Source: Octopus sinensis
Taxonomy: Eukaryota
Direction: 5' to 3'
NCBI RefSeq assembly: GCF_006345805.1
Contig: NC_043005.1
Span: 18,972,001-19,036,000, forward strand
Length of the DNA stretch: 64,000 bases
In this document: positions 55,381 to 64,000 of the stretch, piece by piece
Numbering within the stretch: position 1 is the first letter of the stretch
Layout of the letters: each line of letters starts with the position of its first letter
Translations under genes and position numbers: made by a program
Notes under the pieces: generated by a model
Seen by the model: the letters and a program-made list of their open reading frames with translations, nothing else
Databases searched by the model: none
Told to the model about the DNA's origin: nothing

Positions 55381-55802
55381 TTCTCTTTTTCAGTCATTTG
55401 ACTGCGGCCATGCTGGAGCACCGCCTTTAGTCGAGCAAATCGACCCCGGGACTTATTATTTTTGTAAGCCCAGTACTTATTCTATCGGTCTCTTTTTGCC
55501 GAACCGCTAAGTGACGGGGACGTAAACACACCAGCATCGGTTGCCAAGCAATGCTAGGGGGACAAACACAGGCACACAAACACACAAACACACACACATA
55601 CATATATATATATATTATATATATATATATATATACATATATACGACAGGCTTCTTTCAGTTTCCGTCTACCAAATCCACTCACAACAAGGCATTGGTCG
55701 GCCCCGGGGCTATAGCAGAAGACACTTGCCCAAGATGCCACGCAGTGGGACTGAACCCGGAACCATGTGGTTGGCTAGCAAGCTACTTACCACACAGCCA
55801 CA
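55381..55802 (-). mobile_element. SINE family A
   Basis: Match to A consensus. Confidence 0.92.
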
Positions 55803-56559
55803 CAGTTGAATAACCACGGACGTTACTCGCAAGCGAGTGTGACTTGGTAGCCTGTACTGTGCTTTCGTTAACTGTTTTAGATGCTGCCTCAGTAATTGCA
55901 AGTATACCTCTTTTGACAGACACACCCTAGATTTAGATTGAGGGAACACCACTGGATGGGAAAATTGGAGAGGAAACGGTATACATCGGTACTTGGATGG
56001 TCTTTTTCTCCTTCAGTTTAGCAAGTAGCGTAGCTAATGAATGTGACAGAGGCAATCCACCCCAGGTGGTCTTTTATTGGTATCTAATTTGGAGACTGCT
56101 GTAGAAGGCTGTATGAGAGTATGTGCGGCAGGAAAGGGGGGGGGACTTAAATTTATGGGTTGCCTAGGGCAACACACAAGCTAACTACGTCACCGAGCTT
56201 AGCAAATTGGAACGGTGTAAAATGAAGTGCTTTATTCAAGGATACAAACTCGCCCTCGCAACCCGTTCTGGAGAATCGAACACACAACGTTACGATCATG
56301 AGTTCCACTAACAATTAAGTAAGAAGTCACGCACTTTAAGGAAAAAGTAAATTATGTTCGATCAGATGTGACCGGAGACAACACAGTAACAACTAATTCG
56401 AATAAAATAATTAAACAGCTGTGAGACAGCGAAAACAAATTAGAAATTAGATTGCGTGAAACAATCAGAGATATTGTCTTATAACGTCTCTTCTTTGTCA
56501 CATTTAGAAAACTCTCTTTCTCTCTCTCTCTCTCTCTCTCATACACACATACGCACGTG

Positions 56560-56560
56560 A

Positions 56561-56602
<42 letters not shown>

Positions 56603-56604
56603 TG

Positions 56605-56653
<49 letters not shown>

Positions 56654-56690
56654 TAGTAGTAACAGCTGCAGTAGTAGTAGCAGCAGCAGC

Positions 56691-56724
<34 letters not shown>

Positions 56725-56940
56725 ACAGCTGCAGTAGTAGTAACAGTAGTAGTAGTAATAGTAGTAGTAGTAGTAGTAGCAACAGCAGCAGCAGTAGTAG
56801 CAGTAGGAGGAGGAGGAGAAGGATGAGGAGGAAGAACAGGAGGAAGAAAAGGGCAGCAGCAGCTGCAGTAGTAGTAGTATTATTAGGACCAGCATCAGCA
56901 GCGGTAGTAGTAGTAGTAGTAGTAGTAGTAGTTGTAGTAC
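56560..56940. repeat. Compound (TAG)n/(CAG)n/(GAG)n microsatellite
   Basis: Direct reading; GTAACAGCTGCAGTAGTAG block occurs twice. Confidence 0.95.
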
Positions 56941-57250
56941 CATTGACAAGAGGCATGCTATGCTAGCCGTGACCATCCCAACTTTTGTTTACACTCTGTA
57001 TTGCTGTTTCGATTAATCAATGTGTCCTCTTTTTTCTAAGACAGGGATTTGATAAATTACTTTAATTTCAATATGAATTAGTTCTGTCAACTTTCCTTTT
57101 AATATATTAACTTCTTTTTTTTTTCTTTTTTCCTAAAAACAAATTTCGACAACTTCCAGTTTGATAAATTGCTTCAGATTTAAAACGAATTATTTTCATT
57201 TATAATTATTTCTAAATAAATAAATAAATAAAAATGTTAGCATTTTTATT

Positions 57251-57590
57251 CTTTACTACTCTAGGCACAAAGCCCGAAATTTTTTTGGGGGGGTGGAGCA
57301 GTCGATTTGATCGACCCCAGTAAGTAACTGGTACTTAATTTATCGACCCCGAAAGTATGAAAGGCAAAGTCGACCTCGGCGGAATTTGAACTCAGAACAT
57401 AAAGACAGACGATGTTAGCATTTTCATTCTTTTGTACTCTAGGCACAAGGTAGAAATTTTGAGGGAGGGGGCCAGTCGATTAGATCGACCCAGTACGCAA
57501 CTCGTACTTAATTTATCGACCCTGAAAGGATGAAAGTCAAAGTCGACCTCGGCGGAATTTGAACTCAGAACGTAAAGACAGACGTTGTTA
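57251..57590 (-). mobile_element. Two tandem truncated SINE D units (alternative tail)
   Basis: Both contain the D core and end at the same GACAGACG point. Confidence 0.85.
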
Positions 57591-58307
57591 GTATTTTTAG
57601 TGTTGACTATACTGCTGTCTTTTGTTTGTTTTGTGTGAACTTACCTTATGGTCATTCGGTCCTGAGAGGGATTTTTTTTTTTTTGTATATTGTCTTACTG
57701 GCATTTTATTGTTGGTCTATATACTGTCACCATCACAAGGTCCAGTTCTTGTTGTGGTGTGACGGCTTGTGTGCCTCAATTACTCTGAGAGTTGTGCCAG
57801 TGGAGCTTAAGCTCCTCGTAGAGTCTATGTATAGGTGCCATAATATAGACTTCCCTCTTCCCACATGTAAAAATGGATTCATGTAGGGACAACACCCCTA
57901 TAAATAGATATGTTGACCCTACGCAAACTCATTTTTTAAAAAGCAAAGTTACAGAAGCAAAGATAGCAATTCAAAACCGAAAAGATTTGAGGGAAAGATA
58001 GTTCAGAGAGAAGAACCGAGAAGAAACTGAAGCTCTGCTTGCTTTTGCAGCACTCTGTCACTCATTTACTCTACTGGGGACACAGAGGAGCACTGCGGCA
58101 AGTGACGCATATCTCATACATTCACAACCGATATTATTGAAACGCACTTCAATTGTCGAGAAAGCAAGCAGGATACTCCGATTAGATTCGACCTCGCCAG
58201 CTTCAAATAAGTTTTTATATGAATAGAAACAAACATGTAACAAAAAAAAAGAGAAATATAAATTAACGACACTGATGGAAAGGTATGAATGTCAAAATGT
58301 CGTATAG

Positions 58308-58388
<81 letters not shown>

Positions 58389-60063
58389 TGTTTCTTTATT
58401 AGCCACACAGGGCTGCACACAGATAGAACAAATTACAAGGTAGAGCTTTTCTTTTGAAGGTTTAAAAAAAAATAAAAATTAAAAAAAAAAAATTTTTTTT
58501 AAATAAAAAATAAGAAAAAAATAAAATAAAATAAAAATAAAATAAAAAAGGGGGGGTCGATCAAAAGGGATCGTAAGATAGATAGATAGATAGATAGATA
58601 AACTCATCCAATGTATGTTAGATACATGTACGTATATATATGTGAGGTGGAGTACAAATTCAGTGCATCTCATGTGTGTCTATAAATGTGTGTAGTATGC
58701 ATCTGCATACATCCATTTATAAACATATGCATGCATATATCCGTGTGTATATGGGATACTGGTTTATGTATGTACACACAAGCACACACTTCTTTGTGTA
58801 TATTGTAGGATATTGATGGTTTATTCAAAAATCTACTTATTTACCTTTTTTTTTTATATCCTTTCGAATTGCTGCTACATATGTTTATAACATTTTTCAT
58901 TTATTGTACGACAAAAAATGTTTTTTTTTTCTTTTTTTCTTCTTACCATGAACTAATTCTGGTAAGAAAAATTCATCTTATATAGTTTTCGAATTTCTCA
59001 CATGCATATAACTGCTTTTTACATTCCAGATAAAAATTTTCATTTTCTTATAGATCTAGATTTCATTTCAGTCAATATCAACTTTGTAACACCTCATATA
59101 TATTGCATTACAATATTCATGAACTGTACTGGTTTTAGGATTCCATATTCTAGTTGCCTTGTCTCTCGTATCTTTTCTCACCGCCAAAACAATCCATTAA
59201 CCATACTTATATTATTCATTCCCTATCTATATTTACACATGATATTATTGATCTTACTTACACCCAATATTAGAATTTTCTTTCTTTTCTTCTCTTTCAT
59301 CGGATATTGGCTTCAACCAAACCCGATTATTTCTATTCATCTATTGGCCTGTTTTCATCCTTTCAGAAATATTCTACTCCATTACTTACAATACTTCTGC
59401 TCTTCTACGCTTCTACGCTTCTACGCTTCTGTTCTGCTCTTCTATAACTCTGCGCTTCTACGGTTCTACGCTCCACCCTATGTATTTACACAACCTTAAC
59501 TTGGATTTTGTATCAAAATTGACGGAATAGCATTGGCGAAACATAGATCTCACAGTAAACTTCTTAAATGCGTAAATACGTACATTTGTGCTGTGTGTGT
59601 GTGTGTGTAAAAATAAGATCCATGGATCAAGTTGTAGAAAGACAGTAAGTTTCAAGCAGTCCGTAGACGGTATAAAAAGAAAACTACTTTCAGGAACAAT
59701 AGCTGTTTATTGATGTAGAAGGTTGTAAATTTTTCCCGTATCGAAGTTCGATAAGCTGAAAAAATTGTTTTATGTTTTACGGTTAGCAGCAGGGTTTGCT
59801 GTGTATGCGAATAGAAATCATAAATTAGAGAATGAAATAGATAAAATCTAACCTATATATAAGATGGATGGATAGATAGATAGATACATACATACATACA
59901 TACACACATACATACATACATACAGAAACAATACAAGCAAAAGTTATCAGTTACGTAAACTGTCGTACTAACTCCGTCAGGCTTCATATCTATCGGTGCG
60001 AGTTTAGAGAAAATAACAGAAAGGAAGTTATACTTAACTACTATATCAATGTGTATATTTGTG

Positions 60064-60314
<251 letters not shown>

Positions 60315-60687
60315 CACAATCTTGCCTTCCGTTTCCTGTGCGAACAAAACCTCTATGTAACGCGTTTAAATATTGCAGCAATTTAACGGACAAAATGGCA
60401 AAGAAATTCAGCCATCTTTTTTCCGTGGTCGTGCTCCTGAATTTAACGTTTAAATTTGAACGTTCTTTCATCTTGCTGCTTTATTAACGCGCACAAAATA
60501 AAGCAATTAGTTTGTCACAATTTGGTTTTGCTCTATAAAGTGTTTACTCATGTTACACATTGCCATTTGTGTAGTAAGCTGGTAGTTTTTGAAGGTACCG
60601 TAATTTTCTTTTTAATTGATATTCAGTATATTTGATAATTCCATCAAATCAGGTATTTGTATAGTAATATCACCAGATAGCGAAATA

Positions 60688-61071
60688 TCTTTATATATAA
60701 AAGTGAGGTTGTGTGCTGCCTGTCTCCTACGATTTAGATTCCTAACTACTCCCACATTTTGCGGTGCAGTTTAACCAAAACCTGGTATCTTATAGTCGTG
60801 ATTCATATCGAGCCCTTCTGGGTATTAGCGCACGTCTACGGTTAAAAAAAAAAAATTACCATCAATTTTTCCCATTTTTAATGCATTTTTGGCATATATA
60901 AGGGAAGTAACTCTCTAAAAATTTATTATTAAATCTCAGAACGTAAAAAGCTACAATAACACCCCCCTTTGTGGTTAGCCATATTGAGATGGCTATTATA
61001 CTTTACATCTCTAAAATGCTTATATAGTTATTTCCCTTACAAACCCGAGCAACGCCGGGCGATACTGCTAG
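60688..61071 (+). mobile_element. Non-autonomous Helitron
   Basis: A|TCTTTATATATAAAAG 5' end; CCCGAGC-AAC-GCCGGG hairpin; CTAG|T 3' end; inserted between A and T. Confidence 0.8.
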
Positions 61072-61649
61072 TACATTATAAAAAGAATAGAAGTTAAGAA
61101 AAATTTGATACAGACTTACTATCAACTTTTCAAACTAACAATTTTAAATGGGTATCAAAACGCAGCAAAATAAGGGTGAAGTATAAAGAATATGGAGAAT
61201 GTTAAGTTTTTGTTTTGTTTTTTGTGGACAATATATAACTGTGCCATACGCTACTTTCCCACTTAACCCTTAGTTTAAGTTATCAACTATTCTATATATT
61301 AGGTCTATCGTGGATAAATAACTGTAAAATTGTCAGGTTTATGTCTATCCTGGGTTTATTTACCTAACACACGGTGAATTTGGCGTTCTAAGAATGAAGT
61401 ACGTGCTGCAACGGTATACGATTCAACAGCCTGGTGGATGTGAGAAAACCATTAAAGATCCTTTCTGCGAGATTTACCAACTTATAAAATGACTGAATGC
61501 ATTCTAAGGAGATTTGTGAAGTTTAATTATTAGTTTGTCTGTCGCTGTTGACGATAACCAAGCGACATGGGAGAATAAGACATGCGAATAAGACGTGAAT
61601 AAGACATCTTCTATGTGAGAGAATATTCTCTCATATGGGAGAATAAGAC

Positions 61650-62345
61650 AGGGTACGGTACATCCGATTGTGGTCGATCAGTCTGATGCGTGCTCGGAAG
61701 GCTCAGCCAAAGATCGGGTATTTGTAGTATGTGGGAACTGAAGGCAAGAAGGTGGCTCTGGACTTACGCATTTTGCGCTTTCTTTGTGCCCCAGCAATTC
61801 TGTTCTGTTCGTAGGAAGTGGTACTTCTGTTGATCCAGTTTTGCCTCTGTCTGTTTCTCAGGTGTCGGAGTTGATCTCAAAGCTCTTCAATGAGGCCTTG
61901 AGTGTCTCCTTGAAGCGCCTTTTTTTTCTTGCCCACATTTCATGCGCTTACCTTCCACCTGTTCGTTGTAAAACAGTCGCTTGCGGATTGTGCATCAGGC
62001 ATTTGAACAAAGTGGCCTTCCCATTTGACAGCAGTGTGTAAACGCTTAGGGATCAGCTCGAGAGAGGATTTCCGTGATTGAGACTTTGTCTTGCTCGGTG
62101 ATTTTCAACATCTTTCTCATGCATTTTAAGTGGAAGCAGTTTGATTTTTTGTGATGTGCCTTTCGTAAACCGTCCGAGTCTTCCAGGAGTACAGTAGCGT
62201 AGGCAGTACAGCTGCTTGGTACACCGTCAATTTAGTAGCCAATCTAATGCCTGTCCTCTCCCCCACTGATTCACGTACCCGCCCAAATGATAAATTTCAT
62301 TGGCGATGCGTGTGTCGACTTCGTCATCAATGTTCAGTGTAGAGT
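61650..62345 (-). mobile_element. Degenerate RTE-clade LINE 3' fragment
   Basis: Minus strand reads NIDDEVDTRIA...KLTVYQAAVLPTLLYS...FHLKCMRKMLKIT..DKV..TEILSRA, with frameshifts. Confidence 0.8.
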
Positions 62346-62531
62346 GTGCAAATATTCTTTTAAAAACACTCTTCTTTTAATTTTTCCAAAATTTAATCGC
62401 TTTCCATACTTACAGTTGAAAAAGTCTCAATAACTGAAACCGGTACTGAAATCTTTTTTATAAAATTATTTAACATTTTCTCTCTTGACTTTTTTTCCAT
62501 ACATATCAACTCGTGTGTTCCTTTTCAACCT

Positions 62532-62562
<31 letters not shown>

Positions 62563-62608
62563 TATATATATATTATATATATATATATAATTATATATAT
62601 ATATATAC

Positions 62609-62770
62609 ACGGCGGGCTTCTTTCAGTTTCCGTCAACCAAATCTACTCACAAGGCTTTGGTCGATCCGAGGCTATATTAGAAGACACTTGCCCAAGGTGC
62701 CACGCAATGGGACTGAACCCTGAACCATATGTTTGGAAAGCAAGCTTCTTACCACAGCCACGCATGCGCC
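62609..62770 (-). mobile_element. SINE A 5' half
   Basis: Match to A head, broken at (TA)n. Confidence 0.85.
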
Positions 62771-63043
62771 TATATGTATATAATCTATATTTTGTGCAAC
62801 ATGTAAATAAATGCATCAAGCATTGTTTTTCTGCTTTACTCTTTCCATAACAGCTCGATATCGATTTCTCATATAATCACTCTCGACGGCGTGGGCCATG
62901 CCCTTGATAAAGAAGTTGGATTTCAGTTCAAGTTGATCTGAGAACAGTTCTGTGTTATCTATACTGAGCCATATGCTACGCCATATGTTCACAGGCACAT
63001 GGCGTAGTGGTTAAGAGCACGGGCTACTAACCCCAAGCAGTGA

Positions 63044-63049
<6 letters not shown>

Positions 63050-63121
<72 letters not shown>

Positions 63122-63193
63122 TGATGATGATGATGATGATCTGATGATGATGATGATCTGATCATGATCATGATCATGATAATGATAATAATA

Positions 63194-63228
<35 letters not shown>

Positions 63229-63241
63229 TAATAATAATAAT

Positions 63242-63276
<35 letters not shown>

Positions 63277-63314
63277 TTAATAATAATAATAATAATATAA
63301 TAATAATAATAATA

Positions 63315-63367
<53 letters not shown>

Positions 63368-63381
63368 TAATAATAATAATA
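63050..63381. repeat. (AAT)n/(GAT)n microsatellite
   Basis: Direct reading. Confidence 0.98.
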
Positions 63382-63382
63382 A

Positions 63383-64000
63383 CCAAAGACATCCCCAATA
63401 ACCAAAGACATCCCCATTAGAAGAGGAATATTCCAGGGAGACACGCTCTCTCCACTCCTTTTCTGCTTGGCACTGTCACCTCTATCTGATATACTAAATA
63501 GAACTGGATGCGGATATAAATGTTACGGCAAAACGATCAGCCACCTTTTATATATGGATGACCTAAAACTATACGCTGCAAATGACAAACAGCTGGAAAC
63601 ACTATTAAAGACAGTTCATGGATTTACCAAAGAAATAGATATGAAATTTGGATTAGAAAAATGCGCCAAAGTAACCATGAAAAGAGGAAAACTAGTTAAG
63701 AGTAGAAACATCACACTAGATAAAACCAATGAAATAAAAGAATTAGACCAAAGCCAAACTTACAAATACTTAGGAATCCATGAACTAGATAAGACACAAC
63801 ACACACAAATGAAAGAGAAAATAAAAAAAGAATATTATAGACGAGTTAGATCAATACTAAAAACAGAGCTCAATGCTAAAAACAAGATAATAGGTATTAA
63901 CACTTTAGCTGTCCCAGTTATAAGTTACAGCTACAATATCCTTAACTGGACACGAAATGAACTGACCAAAATAGATAGGAAAACAAGAAAAATAATGACA
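63383..64000 (+). mobile_element. 5'-truncated Dong/R4-like LINE; uninterrupted RT frame running off the window
   Basis: TKDIPIRRGIFQGDTLSPLLFCLAL...ISHLLYMDDLKLYA...FGLEKCA...YKYLG; no stop in about 200 codons; missed by the ORF track. Confidence 0.93.

Noticed and set aside
56504-56976. Thr/Ala/Leu-rich mucin-like or signal-peptide-like ORFs
   Set aside because: Compound trinucleotide repeat; composition changes with repeat phase
58051-58226. Acceptor-like GCTTTTGCAG followed by an open frame
   Set aside because: No convincing donor and no recognisable protein
59000-59499. 165-aa hydrophobic ORF
   Set aside because: Antisense of an A-rich decayed sequence plus an 8-bp tandem repeat; no motif
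61565-61650. Short GAATAAGAC direct repeats
   Set aside because: Best explained as the tandem 3' tail of the adjacent RTE fragment
62995-63048. tRNA-like GGCGTAGTGGTTAAGAGC start
   Set aside because: No T-arm or acceptor stem; runs into (AAT)n; deleted SINE. No complete tRNA cloverleaf was found in the window

Overview
AT-rich, microsatellite-dense eukaryotic DNA with no confidently identifiable host gene. The SINE and LINE content looks like an octopus/cephalopod genome (inference, no database search). Nearly all ORF-track entries are translated microsatellites or antisense frames of repeats. The recognisable content is mobile DNA: tRNA-headed SINEs with shuffled head and tail modules; two copies of a CR1-like LINE bounded by (TA)n plus a third CR1 family; three Dong/R4-like LINE pieces at (TAA)n; RTE and Gypsy remnants; an ORF1-only zinc-knuckle element; Tc1/mariner, piggyBac and Helitron derivatives; and a 5'-truncated Penelope-like element (PLE) with a GIY-YIG endonuclease. 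The strongest signal, invisible in the ORF track, is about 11 type-I hammerhead ribozyme (HHR) motifs of roughly ten sequence types, folded by hand. Most lie in short elements embedded in (TA)n, often with fold-back or inverted ends. Three unrelated ones carry CCGANGA instead of CUGANGA. One inverted end starts exactly at the predicted self-cleavage site, and a 417-bp palindrome has a hammerhead stem II at its apex. PLE-associated minimal HHRs are known; the family diversity, core variant and junction geometry are what merit testing. Many single-base indels suggest an imperfectly polished assembly, so single-base claims need read support. SINE family labels A-D are my own.
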